Position numbers and translations under genes: made by a program. Below the pieces are notes generated by a model that did no database searches, was not told the DNA's origin, and saw only the letters and a list, made by a program, of their open reading frames with translations. 64,000 nucleotides of DNA from Chloroflexi bacterium RBG_13_51_36. GTDB taxonomy: Bacteria; Chloroflexota; Dehalococcoidia; GIF9; AB-539-J10. The first letter of the stretch is position 1. Each line of letters opens with the position of its first letter. Shown here piece after piece: positions 8,872 to 17,214 of the stretch. The DNA lies in contig MGMS01000009.1 in assembly GCA_001796515.1 (NCBI GenBank), forward strand, positions 28,054-92,053, in the 5' to 3' direction.

Positions 8872-9852
8872 CTAAATGTGAAACTCGACTATGTCTCCGT
8901 CCTGGAGGACGTGTCCCTTGGCGACCCTCTGTCCGTCATACTTTCCTGAGCCCCAGACGACGGCATACTTCAAGTTCTGGTAGAAGTCCTTATGGAGCGC
9001 CTCGGCGGCTTCCTCCAATGTGCTGCCCTTCTCCAGCACCATGGGATCGGTCAGGTCGGCTTTACTGCCTGGGGTCTTAGTATAAACCCTGATTATATTC
9101 AGGGCTTGATAGATTGCTCTTTTGAACTCCTCCAGGCCCCGACCTCCCTTGGCTGAAACGGAGACCAGAGGAAACAGCTTAGAATATTGCGAGCGCAAGC
9201 GCTCCCAATTTCTGCTGGAATCTGCCAGGTCATTCTTGTTTCCCACGACCAACATCTTGCGAGGATAGCTTCCCGGAGTTACTTGCGTCCCGTCAGCTGT
9301 TAAGGGCTCTATTCTGGCCTCTCTCAGCCCCTGCAAAGCTGTCTCTACCTGGCCTACCGGCTCCCGGGATAAATCTATTACAATGGCAATGATGTCAGCG
9401 CTTCTCAGGATATTTGATAGCAGCACTCGCACCTCTTTGTAGCCTATGGGCGGCGTATCCACCAGCTGTATCTGGAGACCTTCAAACTTCATCATGCCCG
9501 GCACAGGAGTCTTGGTCGTGAAGGGATATTCAGCTATCTCGGGAATGGCTTCAGATACCGCCGCCAGCAGCTGTGATTTTCCGGTATTGGCCGGTCCGAC
9601 TAACATCACCTGTCCGGCACCCTCCCGCTGGATATAGAAACCCGCTCTGCGGGCCGTAGCCAATTTCCTTTCTGCCTCCTGGGACAACTTGGCAATCTTC
9701 TGTGTTAGGACAGCACGGAGCCTATCGGTGCCTTTATGGTGGGGCATAATGGCCAGCATTTGCTCCAGAGCCGCAATCTTCTCCTCTGGCTCCTTGGCTG
9801 CCCGTAATCTCTTCTCGGCCTCGAAATACTGTGGCGGTAGATTTGCTGGCAT
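8872..9852 (-). CDS. DRG-type (Obg-like G domain + C-terminal TGS) GTPase
   Basis: G1 'GPANTGKS', G2 'FTT', G3 'DTPP', G4 'NKND'. C-terminal 'RVYTKTPG...KYAVVWGSG...GDIVEF' matches the DRG/TGS pattern. Start moved to the internal ATG at 9852 (MPANLPPQ); the upstream extension looks non-coding. Confidence 0.75.
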   Translation of the reverse strand: MPANLPPQYFEAEKRLRAAKEPEEKIAALEQMLAIMPHHKGTDRLRAVLTQKIAKLSQEAERKLATARRAGFYIQREGAGQVMLVGPANTGKSQLLAAVSEAIPEIAEYPFTTKTPVPGMMKFEGLQIQLVDTPPIGYKEVRVLLSNILRSADIIAIVIDLSREPVGQVETALQGLREARIEPLTADGTQVTPGSYPRKMLVVGNKNDLADSSRNWERLRSQYSKLFPLVSVSAKGGRGLEEFKRAIYQALNIIRVYTKTPGSKADLTDPMVLEKGSTLEEAAEALHKDFYQNLKYAVVWGSGKYDGQRVAKGHVLQDGDIVEFHI

Positions 9853-9985
9853 ATTGCCAATTTTAGCATTATGTGCCCTCCGTCGGAAATTCAGTGGTCT
9901 CTCCGTCCGTTTGCCAACCCGGAGGATGATATAATCTACGCTAACATTCTTGGCAGGCCAGCCATCAACGAAAAGGAGGACAAAG

Positions 9986-11020
9986 ATGTGGGATGCTTCA
10001 AAGTGTAACCTGTGCGGCGACTGTCTGGTGAACTGCAGGTATGTCAATTACGACAGGGATAAGGCGATTGCAGAGATTGAGCTGCTCATAGAGGGCAAAG
10101 GCGCTGAAATACTGAACAAGTGCACTACCTGCATGGCCTGCAGCAGTTACTGCCCTACGGGAGCTGACCCTGCCGACCTTATCTTCAAGATGCAGGAGAA
10201 GATAGGGACATCTCCCATAGTAGCTGTTGGCAAACCCGCACGCGAAGCATTGGTCAGGGCATTTGAGAAAGCAGAAGACCCCGCGCAGTTGATACCGGGC
10301 GATCCTGATAAGCCGGCTCTGTCACTCGACTCCTTCCGCTTCGAGAACTTCCCCGAGGGCACATTCGACAGCCAGCTATTCAAGGGCATGACCATAGTGA
10401 GAGGTGGTCAGTATGCCTCTCTTGCCGGCTACGTGCATATGGGTGGGGCGAGCCTGGTCGAGAAATACGGTCGGCGGGTCCTGGATAATCTAGCCAGCCT
10501 GGGCAAAGACATTGTGTATCTTCATAATGAAGGCTTTGTCCTCGCGCACGTCAAGGCCAGGGAGTACGGTTTTAGAGTTCCCTTCAAGTACATGCACCTC
10601 TTCGAGTACCTGCGCAACTATCTGAAGGCCCACAAGAAGAACATCACCAGGCTGAACAAGAAGGTTGCCTACCAGGCTAACTGCGGTACCCGGTGGATAC
10701 CCGAGTATGATGCCTTTCTGGACGAGGTTTTCAGGCTTGTCGGCGTGGAGCGGCCCGAAAGAAAATACGAGCACCTGGATGCCCTCTGCTGTAGCGGCCC
10801 ACTTATCTACACTAACCGGGAGCTCGCCGTTGAAATTCAGAAGAATAACTTCGAAGACGCCATTGCCTGTGGCGCGGATGCCATTATAACCTCCTGCCCT
10901 ATATGTTACGGAGTGTTCAGGCGATCCAGCGCGCAATTCAATCTACCCGACATATTCATTACTGACCTGTGCCGCATTGCCCTTGGCGAAAAGCCCTGGC
11001 CGGATAGCTCCCGGCAGTAG
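9986..11020 (+). CDS. heterodisulfide reductase D-like (Fe-S)-binding protein with two CCG domains
   Basis: 'CNLCGDCLVNC...CTTCMACSSYCP' are two 4Fe-4S motifs. 'CGTRW...CCSGPL...ITSCPICY' are CCG cysteine-rich repeats. RBS AGGAGG before the ATG at 9986. Confidence 0.7.
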   Translation: MWDASKCNLCGDCLVNCRYVNYDRDKAIAEIELLIEGKGAEILNKCTTCMACSSYCPTGADPADLIFKMQEKIGTSPIVAVGKPAREALVRAFEKAEDPAQLIPGDPDKPALSLDSFRFENFPEGTFDSQLFKGMTIVRGGQYASLAGYVHMGGASLVEKYGRRVLDNLASLGKDIVYLHNEGFVLAHVKAREYGFRVPFKYMHLFEYLRNYLKAHKKNITRLNKKVAYQANCGTRWIPEYDAFLDEVFRLVGVERPERKYEHLDALCCSGPLIYTNRELAVEIQKNNFEDAIACGADAIITSCPICYGVFRRSSAQFNLPDIFITDLCRIALGEKPWPDSSRQ

Positions 11021-11143
11021 GGCTACAAGGAGTCTATCATACGGGGAGCGCCGCTGTTCTGCCATAGCCTTGCAGGCTTTCGTTCAACATAAGCGACCGT
11101 AGCTTGGCATGTGGTATGATTGTCCGTACCAGGGCAGTGACTC

Positions 11144-11857
11144 ATGGTCAGTTCCGGAACAATTAAGAAGAGGATAATTCAATACGGAGCAGACATCTGT
11201 GGGGTGGCTCCGGCGGCCCGGTTTGTGTATGCTCCGAAAGGCTTCCATCCGTGTGATATCTATCCCAATTGTAAATCGGTAATTGTCTTTGCATCTCATT
11301 TTCCCTTAAGCACGCTTCAAGCCAAAACCAATGCGCCCTATACTCTGGTCAGAAACAAAATGGTCGACAAATTGGACGGAATTTCCTTCTGTGTGTCCGG
11401 TGAACTGGAAACGGAAAACATTGTGTCAGTTCCGGTCCCCTCCGCTGAGCCGTATGACTATTGGGATACGGGCCGGAATCACGGGAGAGGGATTCTATCC
11501 TTGAAACACGCAGGCGTCCTCGCCGGGCTGGGTGTACTTGGGAAGAATACTCTTCTCATTAACGAAAGATTCGGAAACATGATCTGGCTGGGGGCTATTC
11601 TTGTACCTGTTGATTTAGAGCCCGATCCGATTGCATCTTATGAAGGTTGTATCTCTGGATGCACGTTGTGTATGGATTCATGTCCGCAGCATGCTCTTGA
11701 TGGGACAACCATTGACCAGAAGCTTTGTAGAGAGCGTTCTATTTCCTACAACCATGGTGGCGGCTGGGTCCTTTCGTGCAATGTCTGTCGAAAAGTTTGC
11801 CCCTATCACAAAGGTCTTCTGAAAAAGCGACGGAAAAAGACATCGGTTAAGGCTTAG
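11144..11857 (+). CDS. QueG-like (epoxyqueuosine reductase family) 4Fe-4S protein, short form
   Basis: 237 aa. The N-terminus resembles the QueG DUF1730 region ('IQYGADICGVAPA'). C-terminal 'CISGCTLCMDSCP...CNVCRKVCP' are two ferredoxin-type clusters. Confidence 0.5.
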   Translation: MVSSGTIKKRIIQYGADICGVAPAARFVYAPKGFHPCDIYPNCKSVIVFASHFPLSTLQAKTNAPYTLVRNKMVDKLDGISFCVSGELETENIVSVPVPSAEPYDYWDTGRNHGRGILSLKHAGVLAGLGVLGKNTLLINERFGNMIWLGAILVPVDLEPDPIASYEGCISGCTLCMDSCPQHALDGTTIDQKLCRERSISYNHGGGWVLSCNVCRKVCPYHKGLLKKRRKKTSVKA

Positions 11858-11886
11858 TCGTGGTCTGCATTTGCTCGTCTGGCTAT

Positions 11887-12228
11887 TCAGTGCTGAGACC
11901 TGAACAGCCTATGCCACCATCTTTGCTTATGGGTATGCTTATGGGCTTCCAGGAGCAATAATCGTTCTTGGAGGAATTCTGCTTTAGCTTTCCAGTACCC
12001 GACTTCCTGGGATAGTTGCTCTATTCTGTTGATGAGGGGTTGGGCTGGCTGGCTGTCGTCTGATAAGGGCTTGCTGGGCAGGGGCAGGTCTTCGATAACA
12101 TAGGACTCCCCGAACTTGGTAGGGACCAACCTGGCCTTGAGCTTGCCGGACTTGATATAGCGGCGGATGGTGACTATGGAGACCCCTAATGCCTGAGCAG
12201 CCTCTCTCAGTGTATAACCACTCATCAA
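11887..12228 (-). CDS. excisionase/MerR-type HTH DNA-binding protein
   Basis: 'YTLREAAQALGVSIVTIRRYIKSGKLKA' is an excisionase-family HTH. It lies just outside the tRNA-Lys att repeat, so it may be a remnant of an older element. Confidence 0.55.
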   Translation of the reverse strand: MMSGYTLREAAQALGVSIVTIRRYIKSGKLKARLVPTKFGESYVIEDLPLPSKPLSDDSQPAQPLINRIEQLSQEVGYWKAKAEFLQERLLLLEAHKHTHKQRWWHRLFRSQH

Positions 12229-12320
12229 TAATATTGTAACACCTTAGTCAATGTCCTTGAAACAGGGCTGATCAGTCTGATGGGGGTACGGCTAAACATA
12301 TTGAGCGGGGAGAAGAAGAA

Positions 12321-12362
12321 TGAGCCGTGCGAGACTCGAACTCGCGACACCCTGATTAAAAG
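12321..12362. repeat. attL: 42-bp direct repeat identical to tRNA-Lys 3' portion (17215..17256)
   Basis: 12321..12362 is identical to 17215..17256 across 42 bp. It covers the tRNA-Lys anticodon loop through the 3' end. The flanks diverge immediately on both sides. Confidence 0.85.
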
Positions 12363-12457
12363 ATACAAGAGATTTGTCCGTGAGCGTGAAAAGGGGTAAT
12401 CCCTGATACCTTTCTGTTGACAATTTAGCTGCGATTTGTACCGTTAGATACCTTCTG

Positions 12458-12504
12458 GTTTTTCGTGGTGGTGAAAAGTTCGTTAGCAAAAATGTTAGCA
12501 TCTC
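12458..12504. repeat. arm-like repeat copy A (TTTCGTGGTGGTGAAAAGTTCGTTAGCAAAAATGTTAGCA)
   Basis: Shares ~80% identity over ~38 bp with copy B (14817..14858). It shares a near-identical 20-bp 'CGTTAGCAAAA(A)TGTTAGCA' with copy C (17171..17193). It has an internal GTTAGCA direct repeat. Confidence 0.6.
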
Positions 12505-12506
12505 TA

Positions 12507-14714
12507 CTAGGATGTCAGAGGTAGCGGACCAATATTGGCATCGGTGTTGGTTGGAAGGTAGAGTTTGTTGAATCTAAGATTGTTTTCAACAACATCAATT
12601 TCGTCGTCTGAAAGACCGAGTAGTCTGTATATAGCCTGGTCGATAGCGTAGAAATGGCCAGCTATTCGAGCATTGTAATTATTGACGAACTCGACTTGGA
12701 CATGGGTGTTCTTTCTGACGTAGGATTTGTTGAACTCAGCAATGAACTTGTGTTCTTCTCTAATGATGTGGTCGAAGGTATCGTTAATTAAGGTGATTTG
12801 CTCTTGTGAATCGGGTCTATTCAGTGTGATTATAGGAAGGCGCAGGGTGCTGAAGACTCTAGGGTCCGTGAAGTCTGTAGTGCCATGTCTATTGAGCAGA
12901 TACCATAAGCAAAACGACGACTTGAGGAAGGCTACGAGGAATCTCATACCATAGAATGAAGTCAATGGTTCGGGATGTAGCTTCATAAGCGGGTGTCTAG
13001 CTATCTTACAATAGAAGGGGTAGTCGTACTTTGAGTAATAAATGGCACCTTGCGGGACAATGTAAATGGTTTCTTTCAATTTGGCCTTGGGGACAGGATG
13101 TTGGACGAGCCATAGAGGCAAGGTATGTCTCGAATATGCACGGTCTAGACGAGCTGGGGTAGTGTCTTGGATATAAAAGAGGTTGCCGCGAGCACAACCA
13201 ATTATATGTGGGAATTTTAGCAATCGTTGGAGCTGACTATCGTTTAAAGTGACAGGTTCAGGAATAACTGGTGTCGCCCTTATTTTGAAGCTATTCATTT
13301 CGAATTTCCGCAATACGGGTAGTGATACGGTGAGATTCTTTATTTGAAGACAGTCAGCTTCAACAGCTTGAAGTCGATTGACTATATTGGCCTGAACGTC
13401 TTTGAGGACGTTCTCTTGTACCAGTGATTCTATCTCAGAGGCAGAAAGAGTAACGATTTTGCTTTTGCGGATTGAATATATTGAAGGGTCGCCCTCTATA
13501 TTTACCAAGCTAGTTCCCTTGGTGAAATAGAGAGAGAGTATGAATCTTCTGTTTTGGAGTTCATAGTGTTTCACTTGTGGTATGTCCACAGAAAAGAATG
13601 GTTCAAGTTTACGGAGGTGAGGGAAAGCCGTATCGATAATATGTGAAATCTCGGTGACGATTGTGTTGTTTGCAGATGGGGATATGCCGACCTTGCTCTT
13701 ATTCTCTGTTAGTCCCAGGAGAATATAACCACCCGCAGAATTGTTTAGGGCACAGGTGAGTTTGAGAAAATATCGGATGTCATCTTCAGATTCGAGTTTT
13801 GTTATACCGAAGGAATTATTCAGTTCTGTAAGGTTATTCAATATTTTAGTAGTTGATGGTTGCTCTGTAAAGAATGACTCCAATGGATTTAGGAACGCTT
13901 TTCTGAGTGATTGAAAGGACGGGTCTTCAAGTTTTGCCCAGGTGAAGACGTTGCCAACATCTGAAGGAACATGCGCATCCGAGCATTTTAGAAATGCTAG
14001 TGGTCTTGTACGCTTATATTGAGGGGTCGATAATAACCTGACGATGTTGTCGCGCTGAGTCTCGCTTTTGTAGCAAACGCCAGATAATTGTTCGGACCGG
14101 AAGCAGTGAATTCTTTCTGCTCCCTTCAATTCCTGCCAAATACCTTTGTCGGAATCGGTATGAGCATCAATAAGGATGCAGTCGTGAGTTGTTGTTTTTT
14201 CGAGGAGAGTAACGATATCCCAGCTAGGCAGAATCGGTGATTCCGTCTTAGCCAAGTTCTCAGGTTTGTGGCCAGCGTCTGAAAGGAATTGCTCAATTGA
14301 CTGGGGATTAACCGAGGTGTTGAATATTAGAAGAATATGAATACCAGGCCTGACCGTGAGTTCTACGCCCGGAAGGACCAAAACACCTTCGAAGAGTGAT
14401 AATCTGGTTTTAATCTCTGCTAATCTCTTGTTTGCTTGTTGAGAGTCTGTGATTGTTGACAGGGATTGTTGTTCAAGCAACAACTTATCCTTGAGGGAGT
14501 TTATTTTCTTGTATCCCTCAATTGTATTGTGGTCCGTAACTGCAATAATTCTGATTTCCTTGGATTTCGCATTTTGAAGAATATCGTAATATTCCTGGTC
14601 ATTTGTGTCGCCGGTGTCGCGATTATAGCCTGAAGAGGCAGGCGTATGAACATGGAGGTCGACTCTTACAAAATCTTCTTTGGTATCGGTTTTGCTGGCC
14701 ATTTTGTTGCTCAC
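12507..14714 (-). CDS. PHP-domain phosphoesterase fused to Schlafen/AlbA_2-like domain; large uncharacterised cargo protein
   Basis: 735 aa. The N-terminal ~260 aa carry the PHP motifs 'VDLHVHTPASS', 'AVTDHNT', 'GVELT', 'IDAHTD' and 'CSDAHVP'. The middle 'KLTCALNNSAGGYILLGLTENKSKVGI' resembles the AlbA_2/Schlafen nucleic-acid-binding core. The C-terminal ~300 aa have no recognisable family. Confidence 0.8.
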   Translation of the reverse strand: MSNKMASKTDTKEDFVRVDLHVHTPASSGYNRDTGDTNDQEYYDILQNAKSKEIRIIAVTDHNTIEGYKKINSLKDKLLLEQQSLSTITDSQQANKRLAEIKTRLSLFEGVLVLPGVELTVRPGIHILLIFNTSVNPQSIEQFLSDAGHKPENLAKTESPILPSWDIVTLLEKTTTHDCILIDAHTDSDKGIWQELKGAERIHCFRSEQLSGVCYKSETQRDNIVRLLSTPQYKRTRPLAFLKCSDAHVPSDVGNVFTWAKLEDPSFQSLRKAFLNPLESFFTEQPSTTKILNNLTELNNSFGITKLESEDDIRYFLKLTCALNNSAGGYILLGLTENKSKVGISPSANNTIVTEISHIIDTAFPHLRKLEPFFSVDIPQVKHYELQNRRFILSLYFTKGTSLVNIEGDPSIYSIRKSKIVTLSASEIESLVQENVLKDVQANIVNRLQAVEADCLQIKNLTVSLPVLRKFEMNSFKIRATPVIPEPVTLNDSQLQRLLKFPHIIGCARGNLFYIQDTTPARLDRAYSRHTLPLWLVQHPVPKAKLKETIYIVPQGAIYYSKYDYPFYCKIARHPLMKLHPEPLTSFYGMRFLVAFLKSSFCLWYLLNRHGTTDFTDPRVFSTLRLPIITLNRPDSQEQITLINDTFDHIIREEHKFIAEFNKSYVRKNTHVQVEFVNNYNARIAGHFYAIDQAIYRLLGLSDDEIDVVENNLRFNKLYLPTNTDANIGPLPLTS

Positions 14715-14816
14715 CTCTCGTCAATAATTCTAATCGGTGATTATATCGCAAATTGGTGTTTTTGACTATTGATTTGTAAGTGGTATAGCTTGGGCTGGTA
14801 CCGATAGGTCAGTCTT

Positions 14817-14858
14817 CGTCTTTCGTGGTGAAAAGTGCGTTGGCAGAGATCTTGGCGG
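14817..14858. repeat. arm-like repeat copy B in divergent promoter region
   Basis: 'TTTCGTGGTGAAAAGTGCGTTGGCAGAGATCTTGGCG' lies between the PHP gene start (14714) and the LuxR gene start (14925). Confidence 0.55.
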
Positions 14859-14924
14859 AATGAGAGACTTGACAAATCATTAAGAATATGGTACTGTGGT
14901 ACTATATTTGCTAGGGTGTCAAAT

Positions 14925-15335
14925 ATGAATGAATATGGAATGAGTATAAATCCTCGGAGTAAATGGAGCAAAGACTCAAGGGAAGCAAAAGTATCTGTGA
15001 GAGAGCTGGAGATACTGATTTTGCACAGCGAAGGAAGGTCGAACGAGGAAATAGCTGAGACCCTTGATATTAAGTATCAGACTGTAAAGAACATGTTGTA
15101 CAGTCTGAACAAGAAGCTAGATGCAACAACCAATGCGCAGGCTATTATGAAAGCGATTTCAGAGGGTCTAGTGAGGGTGAATATACATAACAAGGATGAA
15201 AGGGACCTTGCCGAGAAGATAATGTGGGCTATACAAACCGATGTATTGGTGTCGAAGGAGGACGCGGGTCTAATAAACATAATAAAGAAGTGGAGAAGAG
15301 AGCGAAAGTCGAAGAGTGAACAAGGGGGTAAGTGA
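14925..15335 (+). CDS. LuxR/GerE-type HTH transcriptional regulator
   Basis: 'VSVRELEILILHSEGRSNEEIAETLDIKYQTVKNMLYSLNKKL' is the LuxR C-terminal HTH. Start placed at an in-frame internal ATG. Confidence 0.65.
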   Translation: MNEYGMSINPRSKWSKDSREAKVSVRELEILILHSEGRSNEEIAETLDIKYQTVKNMLYSLNKKLDATTNAQAIMKAISEGLVRVNIHNKDERDLAEKIMWAIQTDVLVSKEDAGLINIIKKWRRERKSKSEQGGK

Positions 15336-16204
15336 AAGGTGAGGGAATCATTGAGTCGGTGGAGCGAACAAGTAACGCGAGGCGATGCTGGCGAGGGCGG
15401 TGGCGGCAGCCACTCGCCCGCCCATCCTTCTTTCCTTGTCTTAATATGAATAATGTCAACGCTGAGCTTTGGAGAGCACAGAGTTTATTGGCATTGTGGG
15501 ACTTCCTGGAGTATAAAGGACGTATTGGTAGGACGCATGTGATTCTGCATAAGGTGAATGAGCCTTCACTTTTGAAGATTATGCCTACAAAGTGTAGAAG
15601 TAGATACTTTGATGATGGGCGGCTGTATATGTCAGGGAGAATCCGAATACGGCTTGGTAGATACCATAAGGTGCCAGGATTGATGGAAACGCTAACCTAT
15701 GATACGAAGAGAATTGGGAAGAGAGAGGCATGGGCTAGCTTTGGGCAAGATACCAGGCGGTTTCTAAATGGGGTAAACCAGTATAGAAAGAGAAGAGGCT
15801 GGCGAAGGTTACACTATTTGTGGGTTGTAGAAGTGCAGCGTGGGACCGGTTATCCGCATGTGCATATCTTCTTTCCGAACCTAAGGTGGCTGGCACCGCT
15901 TAAGGTTATCAACGGTAATTGGGGAGAAGGTAGGGCTAACGTTGAGAGTCCTAAGAAGATCAAGGTTAGTTGTGCGGCTTATGTTTCAAAGTACCTGCGC
16001 AAGATGGAGGGGTGGCTAGACCTTCACCTAGCCATGCTTTGGTGTGGCAAGTGCCGGATGTACGGCTTTTCCAGAGGCTTCTCGTGCAAGATTGGAAAGA
16101 GAGAATCGGAATGGCGGAGATGGCAAATTGTGGAAACTGGGGATCGTGAACGGTTGGAAAAGGTCCTTGAGGAGGGGGCATATGCAATTGAACAGGGGTG
16201 TTGA
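15332..16204 (+). CDS. HUH rolling-circle replication initiator (Rep)
   Basis: HUH motif 'YPHVHIFF' and catalytic Tyr motif 'AAYVSKYLRK'. The GTG at 15332 has RBS AAGGGGG 5 nt upstream. An alternative start is the ATG at 15446. Confidence 0.65.
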   Translation: MKGEGIIESVERTSNARRCWRGRWRQPLARPSFFPCLNMNNVNAELWRAQSLLALWDFLEYKGRIGRTHVILHKVNEPSLLKIMPTKCRSRYFDDGRLYMSGRIRIRLGRYHKVPGLMETLTYDTKRIGKREAWASFGQDTRRFLNGVNQYRKRRGWRRLHYLWVVEVQRGTGYPHVHIFFPNLRWLAPLKVINGNWGEGRANVESPKKIKVSCAAYVSKYLRKMEGWLDLHLAMLWCGKCRMYGFSRGFSCKIGKRESEWRRWQIVETGDRERLEKVLEEGAYAIEQGC

Positions 16205-16376
16205 TAACAGGCTGTGCATAACAGTGCCGGAAGCAGCGGAAATGCTCGGCATATCAAGGAATTCTGCCTATGAATTGGTGAAGCAAGGGAGATTTCCTGT
16301 GATAAGGTTTGGGAAAAGGCTTCTAATACCAAGATTGGCATTGGAGAAAATGCTGGAGAAAGGCGTCACGAAGTAG
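16182..16376 (+). CDS. excisionase-family HTH DNA-binding protein (Xis-like)
   Basis: 'ITVPEAAEMLGISRNSAYELVKQGRFPVIRFGKRLLIPRLALEKML' matches the excisionase HTH_17 pattern. The internal ATG at 16182 has a GGAGGGGG RBS. It overlaps the rep 3' end. Confidence 0.65.
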   Translation: MQLNRGVDNRLCITVPEAAEMLGISRNSAYELVKQGRFPVIRFGKRLLIPRLALEKMLEKGVTK

Positions 16377-16393
16377 GTCAAAGGAGGGCCGAA

Positions 16394-16885
16394 ATGGATG
16401 AAATGCTGGTTATTTGGACTGCGGTGAATGCGTCGGCAACAATAGCTATGGTGGTGGTGTTGTTTCGGACACTGAGAGGTACATTTGCACAAGTTAGGGC
16501 GATGCGACAGGCGCAGGAGTTGCAGGGACGTGCACATGAATTGCAGGGATTTGTGAAGGTTGCAGATTGGCTGCAAAGAGAAGAGGTTAGGAGAGCTAGA
16601 GGAAGAGTTTATGAGTTAGAGGATATAAAGTACAAGAGATGGGCTCGGGCAGACAGGGAAGAAGCTAGAGTCGTGTGCTACAACTTTGATGTTGTGGGGG
16701 ACATGTTAGACAGGAAACTGATAGATGAAGGTGTGTTGGATAAGTGGGGATGGACAATAAGTAGGTGTTGGGTAACAGTGGAACCGATGGTGAAAGAGGA
16801 GAGGGAGAAGAATCCGCGATTATTTGATCAGTTCGAGCGGCTGGCGGAGGTGGTGTATAAAGAATACACGAACAAGTTGAGGTAA
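16394..16885 (+). CDS. hypothetical protein with N-terminal TM helix (element-borne)
   Basis: 163 aa. Strong RBS AAAGGAGGG. No recognisable motifs. Confidence 0.45.
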   Translation: MDEMLVIWTAVNASATIAMVVVLFRTLRGTFAQVRAMRQAQELQGRAHELQGFVKVADWLQREEVRRARGRVYELEDIKYKRWARADREEARVVCYNFDVVGDMLDRKLIDEGVLDKWGWTISRCWVTVEPMVKEEREKNPRLFDQFERLAEVVYKEYTNKLR

Positions 16886-16899
16886 GAGGTGAGAAAGGC

Positions 16900-17190
16900 A
16901 TGAAAGGTCATATCTGTCAAAGAGCGAAAGGTAGCTGGACAATTGTTTATGATCTACCGATGGATGCTGTAACAGGTAAGCGGCGGCAGAAGTCGCAAAC
17001 GGTAAAGGGTACGAAAAGGGATGCTGAACGCGCCTTGCGTGAGGTACTGCTGTCACTTGAGCAGGGGTCATACGTTAAGCCCAACAAGATGACGTTAGGT
17101 GAATTGCTGAGGCAGCGGCGGAGAAGTTTGACAGGATTTTTGATGTGGATGAGGATGAAAAGTCATATGCGAACGTTAGCAAAATGTTAG
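16900..17190 (+). pseudogene. tyrosine integrase, N-terminal arm-binding/SAM-like fragment only (catalytic domain deleted)
   Basis: 'GSWTIVYDLPMDAVTGKRRQKSQTVKGTKRDAERALREVLLSLEQGSYVKPNKMTLGELL' is the typical phage-integrase N-terminus. The ORF stops after 96 aa, 24 bp before the tRNA-Lys 3' end. The stop codon lies inside repeat copy C. Confidence 0.6.
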
Positions 17191-17193
17191 CAG
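17171..17193. repeat. arm-like repeat copy C (CGTTAGCAAAATGTTAGCAGAT)
   Basis: Near-identical to 12481..12503. Located 22 bp from the attR/tRNA 3' end. Confidence 0.55.
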
Positions 17194-17214
17194 ATTCTGG
17201 TGATTTAGCTAGTG

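Noticed and set aside
12292-12501. 69-aa minus-strand ORF spanning the attL repeat and arm-like repeat A
   Set aside because: It lies across non-coding att and arm sequence, has no RBS and has odd composition. It is more likely regulatory DNA than a gene.
16900-17190. Considered whether the 96-aa integrase N-terminus continues in another frame (a sequencing frameshift)
   Set aside because: Only 24 bp separate its stop from the tRNA-Lys 3' end, leaving no room for a ~250-aa catalytic domain in any frame. It is a genuine deletion.
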